37,075 bases of DNA from a virus. Its lineage: Duplodnaviria; Caudoviricetes. Below the pieces are notes generated by a model. It saw nothing but the letters and a program-made list of their open reading frames with translations. It made no database searches and was not told the DNA's origin. The translations under genes and the position numbers were made by a program. Shown here piece by piece: positions 27,590 through 36,004 of this stretch. The DNA lies in IMG/VR virus record IMGVR_UViG_3300036904_000092, positions 1 through 37,075 of that record. One strand, written 5' to 3'. The stretch's first letter is position 1; every line of letters starts with the position of its first letter.

Positions 27590-28809
27590 TTATAGCGCTA
27601 CTTGCAATGTGCAGCGTAGATTAACGATCCACGACGTGTTAGTGATATTGAACACCTGAGCCATCTTCCAGCCTGCGGTCTGGTAGAGTCTCAAACGTGG
27701 CGACGCAATCTCTGGCGGCGCATAAATGAATTGGGCGCTATAGCCATCCAAATCCACCATGTCATAAGACTCCTGGCCTGGCAAGAAGACGTTATAAACG
27801 TCTGCGCCTAGAGCGGAAGCTGATGGGCTTACTGAACCTAATGAAGACAGGAGGAAACGGATGTTTCTTACTGTTCCCCATTCGGATTGCAAGAGGTTAG
27901 ATTGATTAGCGTAGTTAGCTACGTTAATGAATCCGACCATCTGATCCAAGTCAGCACTCAGGTTGGTATGACCCAAACCAAAGAATGCTGAACGGACTGG
28001 TGCAGTTCCGAATTTCAGTTCGCCTTCTATGATGTCCATGATGAATTGAGCGTTGGCAGTACGCAATAGACGTACAGCCTTAGAGCAATCCAAAGGACTG
28101 ATGTTAGTTGGGTTGTCCCCGTTTGTACCAGATGTACAATTAATCGGAGGTGCACCCCCCTCCATCATACTACGAGCCAATTGGTCTTCGGTTTCGCGAA
28201 GAGATTGGCCTAATGTTGACACTGCACTGTTGAGGACAGGGTCTTCGTTTATGAGCATGCAATTTGTTACTCTATGCTTTCACATAGGGTCTAATCATTT
28301 CTGTTAGACTCTGCAATTTCTTTTATATTTGCAGATCCGACTTTCGCTTCACCTTTCAGTGTCCACTCGCCTAAGTCTGTCACGCTGGCTTTACCCTTGC
28401 GCCTTGTTTGCCCGTCGGCAGTCCAAGTCAATCAGAGCGGATTTATAGCAGGCCATTTCTCAAAAACCTGCTCTTGCAATATTAGATAGGTGCCGTCATT
28501 TACCTATGCTGCAAGAAGATTGGCACGGTCATAAGTTGTTGATACTAACCAATCTACGCGCGCATCGATGTCAAGAGCCACCAGCTGTTGAGCGGCTGGG
28601 TCTACAATACCGTTGCCAAGAGGCACAGGTGCGGTTTCCAAGTTTTGGTATCTACGTCTACGTAGAATATCGCCAGCTTGCTGATCCATTGTGATCGGAT
28701 ATCCCATAGTTGTATGGATAAGATCGGGCATTGGACGCGCAAGTAGCTTCATACTCAGCTGTTGTTGCACAGCTGGTGGTAATATACTTGTGGTTGTTGG
28801 ACCTGACAT
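27590..28809 (-). CDS. Major capsid protein (N4-gp56-like), spliced from exons 28809-28548, 28496-28466 and 28259-27590; 320 aa
   Basis: The exons sum to 963 nt and give an open frame DIDARVDW|Y GTYLILQEQV|MLINEDPVL. Other motifs are RRRRY..L, YANQ...SEWGTVRNIRF and TAGWK; the gene follows the scaffold gene. Confidence 0.9.
28260..28465 (-). ncRNA. Compact group I intron (206 nt, no ORF)
   Basis: The 5' exon ends in U. P1 AGCAGGU/GCCUGCU with U.G; P10 AUG/CAU; P3 UCCGCUC/GAGUGGA; P4 CUUG/CAAG; P5 UGCC/GGCA; P7 GACU/AGUC; P8 CAC/GUG; three P9-region hairpins; terminal G. Confidence 0.9.
28497..28547 (-). ncRNA. 51-nt coreless group I-like mini-intron
   Basis: The exon ends in U and the element ends in G. 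The internal guide CCGU-G-CCAAUCU pairs with both exons. It contains an in-frame UAG, and its removal restores the Tyr codon U|AC. Confidence 0.75.
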
Positions 28810-28836
28810 TTATTTGTCTCCATGAAGAGACAAAGA

Positions 28837-29562
28837 TCACCTTTTTGCTGCTGAAGAAGTCTCTTTCCAAAGGGCCATTTTCTGCTCTTTGGTCATCTTA
28901 GAGTTGGACATCTGTGCCGCAGTCGTGACGGCTTCGGAGCGCACTCCAAGGCTTCCCGTCTTCGGCTTTCCTTCCTTCTCATCGACGCGCTTTTGTTCTT
29001 GAGAAACAGGTTTATCTTTAGCGGCAAGGTTGGCTTTATCAGCCTGGTATGCGGCGCTTTTTTTAATGAGATTATATACCTTTCTCAAAGGATTAGCGGC
29101 TTTTTCGACAGCTTCTCGGTTGTCTTCGTCACTTTTGATATATTTTTCAATATTCTCGGCAGTGACAACCTCGCCTAAGTCAGGAAATTCGGCTCTTGTT
29201 TCAAGAATTAGAAGCTTTTGATCTTTGTCGGCTAGTTTTTGCTCATAAGATGACATCTTCTTTGTCATCGAATTAAACGCTTTTACGAGTTTCTTTCCAT
29301 CGGGAAAGTCTTCGCTTTCTAGCTGTCTATAATCGAAATCTTCCTCTTCTGGCTGTGCTTGAGGATCAGTTCTTTGCTGCTGCTGTTGTTGCAACTGCTT
29401 TTCATAGAACTTTTTCTCTTGCTCAGCTTGCCATAACTGACGTTCGAGGTCTTCTTTTGCCTTTCGAAGCGTAGCAAAGTTTTCTTGCTGCGACTTCTTA
29501 TCATGGTTTTCTACAGCCTGGTCGGCGATTTCAGGGGTAATTACGCCATTCTCTGCTTCCAT
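28837..29562 (-). CDS. Capsid scaffolding protein
   Basis: Charged coiled-coil directly upstream of the MCP; AAGGA Shine-Dalgarno before the ATG at 29562. Confidence 0.75.
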   Translation of the reverse strand: MEAENGVITPEIADQAVENHDKKSQQENFATLRKAKEDLERQLWQAEQEKKFYEKQLQQQQQQRTDPQAQPEEEDFDYRQLESEDFPDGKKLVKAFNSMTKKMSSYEQKLADKDQKLLILETRAEFPDLGEVVTAENIEKYIKSDEDNREAVEKAANPLRKVYNLIKKSAAYQADKANLAAKDKPVSQEQKRVDEKEGKPKTGSLGVRSEAVTTAAQMSNSKMTKEQKMALWKETSSAAKR

Positions 29563-29674
29563 GTTTTCCTTTGAGATTGGTGAAGCCTCATTATGCACCA
29601 TTTGGATAGTGATTAACGACATCACGGATACGTTGATTTAGGATATATCTAAAGTTTGAAATTTATGCAAGAGA

Positions 29675-30184
29675 TTAAGAAGTAAAGATGATAGGTGAAA
29701 CTTTATTCGAAGAATACATTTCGGTTATTTCATTAGGTTTTACAACGTAGTCAGAATCCTTCTCAAGCGTATCTGAGCAGTATCTACGAAGCATTTTCAC
29801 GTAATTTATATCGAATTCTTGAGGGTTTGCGAGGATATACGCAAGCACCTCTTTCTTTGGTATGCACCATTCAAAGTTAACTTTGCCTCCATCCTCGACA
29901 GACCAAAGATAGTGATCATTGCCTTGATATGGACTTGGTCGAGTACGACGACACTGCGGGTAAATATGTAAGGTGTTATTGGCGTAAGGCTCTTTTTGAA
30001 CCCATATGTGGATGTAATATTTTCCTCTAGTTCCCTGGTCATAGTTTCCTTGGACAGCCTCTTCTATGATAGATTTGAACTTAGACATTACCGCTTCGGA
30101 GGTTTCTCCTGCCGACTGGTAATCAGTCTTAGAGGCAGCTTCGACCATCAATTGGCCGTAAGTCTTATCGCTATTCTTGACCAT
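29675..30184 (-). CDS. Hypothetical protein
   Basis: 169-aa globular-looking ORF in the late block. Confidence 0.75.
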   Translation of the reverse strand: MVKNSDKTYGQLMVEAASKTDYQSAGETSEAVMSKFKSIIEEAVQGNYDQGTRGKYYIHIWVQKEPYANNTLHIYPQCRRTRPSPYQGNDHYLWSVEDGGKVNFEWCIPKKEVLAYILANPQEFDINYVKMLRRYCSDTLEKDSDYVVKPNEITEMYSSNKVSPIIFTS

Positions 30185-30350
30185 TCATATACTCTTCTAG
30201 TATTTCAATCTCACACTCTAAAAGATCAATAAGTCGAGAGCACTGATCTTTCAGTGATTTTTCAGGATATTTCTCAAGGGTTTGTTTATATATCTTGCAA
30301 GCTCTTTCCATAACTTCCAGGGATTGTTTTGTGCGATCTTTCAAACTCAT
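30171..30350 (-). CDS. Small hypothetical protein (59 aa, MSLKDRTKQSLEVMER...)
   Basis: Manual translation; overlaps its neighbours. Confidence 0.55.
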   Translation of the reverse strand: MSLKDRTKQSLEVMERACKIYKQTLEKYPEKSLKDQCSRLIDLLECEIEILEEYMNGQE

Positions 30351-30434
30351 CGAATTAGCTTCGCTCCTCCCATATAGAGGCCGTTATTGCTATTCCAAGA
30401 ACCTTGCTGAGGCTTATTCTTGTAACCAACAGGC

Positions 30435-30671
30435 TTATGCAGATTTGGGAGCTTCTTGATCTTTGGGGGTATCATTGTCATAGTTTTCCCTATTTAATCT
30501 TTTTGCTTTTGCAGTTATACGTCGTGCCTTTTCTGTTGATACATTTAAATTTTTTCCTATTTCTTTATAGGTTTTCCCTGAATTTCTAAGGTTTAAAGCC
30601 ATTGTAAGATTAGGGTGTATCATTGTCATTTTAGTATAATTCCTCGTTAAATTTAGAAAGATATTTGGCAA
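30435..30671 (-). CDS. Small HTH protein (start probably about 30628)
   Basis: LNLRNSGKTYKEIGKNLNVSTEKARRI HTH pattern. Confidence 0.6.
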   Translation of the reverse strand: MPNIFLNLTRNYTKMTMIHPNLTMALNLRNSGKTYKEIGKNLNVSTEKARRITAKAKRLNRENYDNDTPKDQEAPKSA

Positions 30672-30840
30672 TTTCTCTTAATTTATTGCACATATCTTCA
30701 ATCATCTCCTTAGAGATAGGTTGGTTGTTTGAAAATTCATAGTCTAAATCAAATGATAGGTTTTGAATCATCTCACAAGCTCTACCTTGTCTTTGCATCA
30801 CCCTGAATATAAATTGTAATGAAGGTAAATCTACATCCAC
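30631..30840 (-). CDS. Hypothetical protein
   Basis: ORF track; coupled to the upstream gene. Confidence 0.55.
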   Translation of the reverse strand: MDVDLPSLQFIFRVMQRQGRACEMIQNLSFDLDYEFSNNQPISKEMIEDMCNKLREIAKYLSKFNEELY

Positions 30841-31028
30841 TATCCACCATGCATTTTCATGTGCTTTGCAGCTTCTTTGAGTGCTTCTTTAGAATGCTTT
30901 TTTCCAAAGGGTGCTGCTTTACCTTCTGCACGCAGTTTGCTTAATCCTACAGCTTTTGGAAGCGGTTCTTTTGAGTGCTTTACTTTGGATTTTAGATTTT
31001 TTACAGCTTTTGAATATGTTTCTTTCAT
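30840..31028 (-). CDS. Lys/His-rich small protein, paralogue B
   Basis: Ends KHSKEALKEAAKHMKMHGG. Confidence 0.7.
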   Translation of the reverse strand: MKETYSKAVKNLKSKVKHSKEPLPKAVGLSKLRAEGKAAPFGKKHSKEALKEAAKHMKMHGG

Positions 31029-31102
31029 AATCTTTACCCTACATTTTTCTTGTTAGCCTTGGAACCATCAGTTCCTTGGCGGTTATTCGTGTAAATTTTT
31101 CA

Positions 31103-31312
31103 TTACCCACCATGTTTCTTCATATGAATCGCTGCTTCTTTAAGCGCTTCTTTCGAATGCTTCATCGAAGGCATCTTATGTTTCTTCATCTTTTCTTTCG
31201 GTTTTATCGTGCTTTTATTTAAACCTGTTGATTCTGCCGCCCAATGGGTTGGCATTATAGATTTATGAGCTTTTGATCCATGTGTTGTATGTTCTGCTTT
31301 TTTCGCTTTCAT
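31103..31312 (-). CDS. Lys/His-rich small protein, paralogue A
   Basis: Ends KHSKEALKEAAIHMKKHGG; AAGGA Shine-Dalgarno before the ATG at 31312. Confidence 0.7.
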   Translation of the reverse strand: MKAKKAEHTTHGSKAHKSIMPTHWAAESTGLNKSTIKPKEKMKKHKMPSMKHSKEALKEAAIHMKKHGG

Positions 31313-31313
31313 C

Positions 31314-31493
31314 TTATCCTTCCCTTCTCTTGTTAGCTTTGGAACCATCGGTTCCTTGGCGGTTATATGATTCTTGCAATGGCAATGGAGGCTTACCGCC
31401 TGGTGGGGTAAATCTTGGCCTTGTATCGCTAAGGTCTTTGTTTGTTGGCACCTTCGGCTTTGCTGCCGATGGGATTATCTTGATCTTTGGCAT
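31314..31493 (-). CDS. Pro/Lys-rich small protein (59 aa, MPKIKIIPSAAKPK...)
   Basis: Manual translation; AAGGA Shine-Dalgarno. Confidence 0.65.
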   Translation of the reverse strand: MPKIKIIPSAAKPKVPTNKDLSDTRPRFTPPGGKPPLPLQESYNRQGTDGSKANKRREG

Positions 31494-31565
31494 AGGTTAT
31501 CCTTTAAAAGTGAAGGGGTGGCCACCAGTGGTCTTATACGCGCTGAAGCCATTCCCTTACACAAA

Positions 31566-31778
31566 TTATTTATTCATCATCTTTTCGCGAGTGTATGGCT
31601 TCTTTGCCAATGAACTTGCATCGTGGCGGTCGATCTTCTCACGAATCTTTTCGTAAGAGTTAGACGCGCCTGCTGGTGGTTTTGGATCGATATTCTCTTT
31701 AATCTTAGAATAATCAGCTCCAGAATTTCCTTTGCCTTCACGACCACCCATAGAGGTGTTTTTATGACTATGAGACAT
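31566..31778 (-). CDS. Small basic protein downstream of the portal (MSHSHKNTSMGG...)
   Basis: GGAG Shine-Dalgarno; overlaps the portal stop. Confidence 0.65.
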   Translation of the reverse strand: MSHSHKNTSMGGREGKGNSGADYSKIKENIDPKPPAGASNSYEKIREKIDRHDASSLAKKPYTREKMMNK

Positions 31779-33798
31779 TTGCTTTCTCCGTTTGTTTGAT
31801 TGCTTTTTCATCTTCCTTTGCATTGATATTTTCTATCAATGAAAATATCTTAACAAAGTCTTCGACTCCCATTGAGCGAACTTCTGCTGCCGCTTTTACG
31901 GTGTTGAGTGTAGCGGAGGTTTTCTCGTGCTCGGACTTATTCATCGCTGTCATGATCTGGAATTGTTCTAAGCGACCTTTCTGCATTCTTTCTTCGGCAA
32001 GAGCTTTATCAGACATAGCTTTTGACTCAAGGGAGTTATTCACTACTTGCTGATTTTGCATCATAAGCTGAGCTTGCTGTTGCTGCATTTGCTGTTCTTG
32101 CTCTTGTTTCTTCTGGATCGCTTCGATCATTTTATCTTTGTCTTGAATCTCAAGATCGCTAAGCAGCATATCCACAGGTATTGGAAGACCATCCTTCCAC
32201 AGGTTGTACTTCTGGAGATAGGCGAGTTGCTTTGTAGTATCTGTAAGAGGAGCTTGAGTCACTACAGCATCATATTTCTGGAAACTCTTATCTCTAAATT
32301 CATTCGTCGGCTCTTCTTCGATCATCTTCCTGATCTTCCCGAGCGTATAGTTTTTCTGAATAAGTGCCCAATGGAGACGACCACAATTCCTTTGGGATAG
32401 ATTAAGGTTGTCAAAGAGTTCCTGTAAGGTAGTGAGAGCAGCACCTTGCCTGAGCTGCTCGGTAATACCCACGTCGCTATCCTCCGCTTGCCCCAAGAGT
32501 TCCGGCGTAACGCCCCCAAGGCTTTGAATATCCTCTTTAAGAAACTGGGTGACTTGGAAGTTTGCCGGGTTAATATTAGCTCCAGGAACATCTCTAATCC
32601 CTTGTTGCATTCTGTTTTTCTTGAAGAATCTTACTTTTCCGGGTCCAACTTTGAAAGCATCTTGATCGTCAATGAGAGAATCTTCTTCAACGTCAACGCC
32701 ACTGAATTGAGCAGCCAGTAGATCCATTTCCAATTGCTTGCGGTAATTGTATAGATATTGTGCATCCCTGAGATTGCGAATAACGCCTTGATAGCGAAAT
32801 GAGTAATTATTATTAGCAAGATCATGATAGGCAACAAAAGGAGTGAAAGGATAAAAGTCAATTCCCAGCGGATTAGGGCCATCATAAAAGCATACACTGT
32901 TGACAATAATCGCAAGATGCACCGTGGGTACTTTTTCTTTCACTATAACGATATGAGGAAACTGATGTTTTAGTCTATCCATCTCTTCTGGAGTGAACTC
33001 TACTTCCGTAGACTCATAGGTTTCAGGGTCTACCAGGAAGGTTCCCATTCTCTCTGTTTGATACCAATATTCATCATATGCAAGGAAACCTTTACGCCTG
33101 ATATTGTATTGTTGAGGCATAAATGTGAACTTGGTGTCGAAATATGCCTGATCATTTAGCATATCAATCTCTGTTTCTCTTCCCGGGAGCATCTCTTTGA
33201 CTTGATCTTTATGGAGATATTTTCTTGTTCGGATGAATTGACAATCGCTTAAGTCCATTTCCCGCCAAAAAGCATCCATCATGATCATATCGGCACTGAA
33301 ACATTCAGTTTTCAAGTCCCCGCAGATAGGATCTCGTCTATAATCTATCCAGGAGTGCATTAATGATAGTCCTGTGATTGCCGATTCTTTGAAGCAATTG
33401 GAGATTGTGTTGTATGTGTCATCGAAGTAATAGGCTGATTGTACCGCTTTAGTAGCTTGTGAGGCTGTATTACTACTTGAACCATGCACCGGCACCATTC
33501 TAGTAGCTTTTCGGCGCTGTCGCTGTCTACCGACGATTGTATTGACTACAGGCATAGCCATATTGAATACATACTTTTGATGATCGTAGCTAAGGCCAGA
33601 ATAAAGATTAAGATATCGTTGGTCGCCAAGATAAACTTTGCGGTCTATGAGCTGTTCGTAGAAGAATAATTGCCATGCAGAAAGGTTTTGGAGGTATCTA
33701 GAGTCGGCTTCTGCGACTATATCACACTTGCCGTCTTTGTAATTTCGGGTGTACACATTTTGAACAATTTGAGAACGCTCTAACATACCTGAAGTCAT
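31768..33798 (-). CDS. Portal protein (P22-like)
   Basis: 676 aa; YLGDQ, FNMAMPVVNTIVGRQR, GVIRNLRDAQYLYN, GVTPELLG; C-terminal Gln-rich coiled-coil barrel. Confidence 0.9.
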   Translation of the reverse strand: MTSGMLERSQIVQNVYTRNYKDGKCDIVAEADSRYLQNLSAWQLFFYEQLIDRKVYLGDQRYLNLYSGLSYDHQKYVFNMAMPVVNTIVGRQRQRRKATRMVPVHGSSSNTASQATKAVQSAYYFDDTYNTISNCFKESAITGLSLMHSWIDYRRDPICGDLKTECFSADMIMMDAFWREMDLSDCQFIRTRKYLHKDQVKEMLPGRETEIDMLNDQAYFDTKFTFMPQQYNIRRKGFLAYDEYWYQTERMGTFLVDPETYESTEVEFTPEEMDRLKHQFPHIVIVKEKVPTVHLAIIVNSVCFYDGPNPLGIDFYPFTPFVAYHDLANNNYSFRYQGVIRNLRDAQYLYNYRKQLEMDLLAAQFSGVDVEEDSLIDDQDAFKVGPGKVRFFKKNRMQQGIRDVPGANINPANFQVTQFLKEDIQSLGGVTPELLGQAEDSDVGITEQLRQGAALTTLQELFDNLNLSQRNCGRLHWALIQKNYTLGKIRKMIEEEPTNEFRDKSFQKYDAVVTQAPLTDTTKQLAYLQKYNLWKDGLPIPVDMLLSDLEIQDKDKMIEAIQKKQEQEQQMQQQQAQLMMQNQQVVNNSLESKAMSDKALAEERMQKGRLEQFQIMTAMNKSEHEKTSATLNTVKAAAEVRSMGVEDFVKIFSLIENINAKEDEKAIKQTEKANVS

Positions 33799-33860
33799 CT
33801 AAAAACCTCGTCATAATTTATTTAAGAAGATACAGGAAATATTTTATTCACGCAACACGC

Positions 33861-33889
33861 TTGAAGTTTGAGAGGCAAGATGATATATT
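33861..33889 (+). promoter_or_regulatory. Sigma70-type promoter
   Basis: TTGAAG-17-TATATT, divergent from the portal gene. Confidence 0.55.
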
Positions 33890-33967
33890 AAAACGGTAAA
33901 AACGATGGTTTTAGAAGGTGAAGGTCGCAGGGATGCGTAGGCCTAGCGACTTTTGCTTTAAATATTT

Positions 33968-34075
33968 GATCGCAAATGTTAATGGGTATTAGCGCTCCAC
34001 TTAACGCGAGTTGGGGAAAAATGGCTATAGATATCCGTGTCATCCCTTGGAAGTTCGAGTCTTCTTGCGATCACC
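33968..34075 (+). ncRNA. tRNA-like RNA with non-canonical anticodon arm
   Basis: 7-bp acceptor stem GATCGCA/TGCGATC plus ACC, T-arm GGAAG-TTCGAGT-CTTCT, and a D-arm-like hairpin with GG. Confidence 0.5.
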
Positions 34076-34091
34076 TTTCGATTTTGGAGGA

Positions 34092-34469
34092 ATGATGCCA
34101 GAACAACCGAAACCCGATTTGACAGCCTATATTGGAATGCTTAAACATGAGATCTCGGAGCACTGCATGAAACTAATGGAACGTATGGATTCTTGTTATG
34201 AAATTGAGAAATCTGAGATGACTGCTCATGTAGACAAGGAGATCACGGAACATGCAAACAAAGAAAACATATTAATTCAAACTAGGACTAAAGAATGTCT
34301 GAAGTTTCTCCAGGAATGGGAAAGTATCATAAAAGATGATATCAGAAAATATGCCGACAAAGAGATCGAGAGAATAATTACATCTATTCGATCCAATTTC
34401 GTGGATCTTGAAAAAGAATTGACAGAAGTTGATAGAATTCGAGATTATCTTAAGGAGCCGAAAGAATGA
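34092..34469 (+). CDS. Helical repeat hypothetical protein
   Basis: GGAGG Shine-Dalgarno before the ATG at 34092; EI(S/T)EH and DKEI repeats. Confidence 0.7.
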   Translation: MMPEQPKPDLTAYIGMLKHEISEHCMKLMERMDSCYEIEKSEMTAHVDKEITEHANKENILIQTRTKECLKFLQEWESIIKDDIRKYADKEIERIITSIRSNFVDLEKELTEVDRIRDYLKEPKE

Positions 34470-34765
34470 CTATAAAATGCGAGAAAATATCTAAAGATGA
34501 AATGCTTGAGGCTATTAAGTTAGGCGTTAAAGAGGCAATTCATGAAATGATGGAAACTGGTGATGGATATACGGGCATAATCATTCGTGATTTTGTACTT
34601 GCTGAACTTAAAGAAGGTGTTATGAGTGGTATATATAGTGCGATGCCTTTACCTTCTGATATTTTAGACTCTATTTCTAACGGAATAAATAACGCTCTTC
34701 CTGATGCTGATGACATTCAAGATACATTATATAGAGCTACTTTTGATGGTATGAAGAAGAAATGA
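34466..34765 (+). CDS. Hypothetical protein
   Basis: ATGA-coupled; AAGGAG Shine-Dalgarno. Confidence 0.7.
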   Translation: MTIKCEKISKDEMLEAIKLGVKEAIHEMMETGDGYTGIIIRDFVLAELKEGVMSGIYSAMPLPSDILDSISNGINNALPDADDIQDTLYRATFDGMKKK

Positions 34766-35043
34766 AAAAACCTTTGACTAAAGACAAAAACAATTGGATG
34801 AATCTTTCTCAAGGGAAAGTTGTTAGTCCCGACCGATCAAATGAAATTGACTTCAGTCCCCTAATTGCACAGATCAAAACCGAGATCACGGAACATGCTG
34901 ACAAAGAGATCGAGAGGATTAATGGTCAAAAAAATGAAAGACTTATTGATGAAATGGAAAAGTTGACAGATCAAATTTCCTATTTAGGTTCAATGGTTCA
35001 TGAATTAGGAATGGAAATTTATAAATATAGAATGGATGATTAA
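34762..35043 (+). CDS. Hypothetical protein related to 34092-34469
   Basis: Shares EITEHA and ADKEIERI. Confidence 0.65.
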   Translation: MKKPLTKDKNNWMNLSQGKVVSPDRSNEIDFSPLIAQIKTEITEHADKEIERINGQKNERLIDEMEKLTDQISYLGSMVHELGMEIYKYRMDD

Positions 35044-35177
35044 ATCTTTAATTCCTGACCACGTCTGATAATTGATCTTATGTATCTACTTATTTATTGA
35101 TAAATGATGAAAGAATTGTGTTAATCATAAAATAACATGTTATTCGATAAATATAGCCTAAAATGAAAGAGAAACTT

Positions 35178-35393
35178 TCAACTTCCATATAATTTTTCTA
35201 CCTGCGTATTTATCCATTTTTCATCTCTAGGCGGTTTGCCTAATTTACATCTTGTGCATGAATAAGATATGATTTTTCCTGAATCCTTGCAAAAATCAGG
35301 CAAAACAAAACATGTAAATCCTTTACATTTTGGGCAAAGCTCAACCCCTTCTATTCCGGAATCGATTTTTTTGGGTTTTATAATATCTCTCAT
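35178..35393 (-). CDS. Small Zn-ribbon protein
   Basis: CPKC...CTRC; AAGGAGG Shine-Dalgarno. Confidence 0.65.
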   Translation of the reverse strand: MRDIIKPKKIDSGIEGVELCPKCKGFTCFVLPDFCKDSGKIISYSCTRCKLGKPPRDEKWINTQVEKLYGS

Positions 35394-35405
35394 TAATTGT
35401 CCTCC

Positions 35406-35738
35406 TTAAAAAAGCACCTTTGCATTGTTCACAGGCCCACTTCTCACCCTGTTGCATCCTTCACATTCGCACCCTTTTTTAGCGATAGGAACATACTCTT
35501 TCGCCTCTTTCGCTTCCTCATCATCTAGTTTCTCACGGACTTCACTATATGAAAAATATTCCCCATTTACAAAAATGCAGCTATCCCAACAACAGTGAAT
35601 TTCAATATCTTTCATGGATTGCCATTTGTTTGTAAGATCTTCTAATTCTTTATAGACAAGTTTGGCTATTCGTAGATTTTTTTTGTGTTCTTCAATATTA
35701 TCCATCTCCATCAATTGTTGATCTTTAATTGTTGTCAT
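35406..35738 (-). CDS. Hypothetical protein with C-terminal CxCxxC
   Basis: CECEGC; TAATG coupling. Confidence 0.65.
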   Translation of the reverse strand: MTTIKDQQLMEMDNIEEHKKNLRIAKLVYKELEDLTNKWQSMKDIEIHCCWDSCIFVNGEYFSYSEVREKLDDEEAKEAKEYVPIAKKGCECEGCNRVRSGPVNNAKVLF

Positions 35739-36004
35739 TAAACACCTTTTCTCTTGTAAAGAAAGTTTAACCTATCATTGAATTCTTTTGCAGCTTTGCA
35801 TCCTTTGCATTCACATAGCGGTTCTCCTTCTTCATACATTCGAATAAATCCATAAAGTGACATTTCTATGCAATCTGCACCTTCAGCTATAAGTTGATCA
35901 AATGTTTTAGGGGGTAACTCAGGTGATTTATCCATCTCTGAATTTGGTCTAGGTAATGCCCTTTCTTCTTTAGGATCCCAATTTGGCTCTATAACAACTT
36001 CCAT
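35738..36004 (-). CDS. Hypothetical protein with CxCxxC
   Basis: CECKGC. Confidence 0.65.
   Translation of the reverse strand: MEVVIEPNWDPKEERALPRPNSEMDKSPELPPKTFDQLIAEGADCIEMSLYGFIRMYEEGEPLCECKGCKAAKEFNDRLNFLYKRKGV

Noticed and set aside
28504-28506. Amber recoding or read-through of the TAG inside the 51-nt insert, which is a multiple of 3
   Set aside because: TAG is used as a normal stop elsewhere (for example 7585-7587 and 9815-9817). Read-through would add 17 aa and give D instead of Y, and it would not explain the P1/P10 complementarity. It is not fully excluded.
28497-28547. T4 gene 60-type translational bypass
   Set aside because: There is no matched take-off and landing codon flanking the stop, and the boundaries fall inside a codon and follow the U/G splice rules.
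27590-28809. Capsid pseudogene or two separate genes
   Set aside because: Precise removal of the two inserts gives one continuous 320-aa frame, and this is the only MCP candidate in the genome.
34011-34091. N-terminal extension of the 152-aa ORF
   Set aside because: The TTG start has no good Shine-Dalgarno and overlaps the tRNA-like structure; GGAGG precedes the ATG at 34092.
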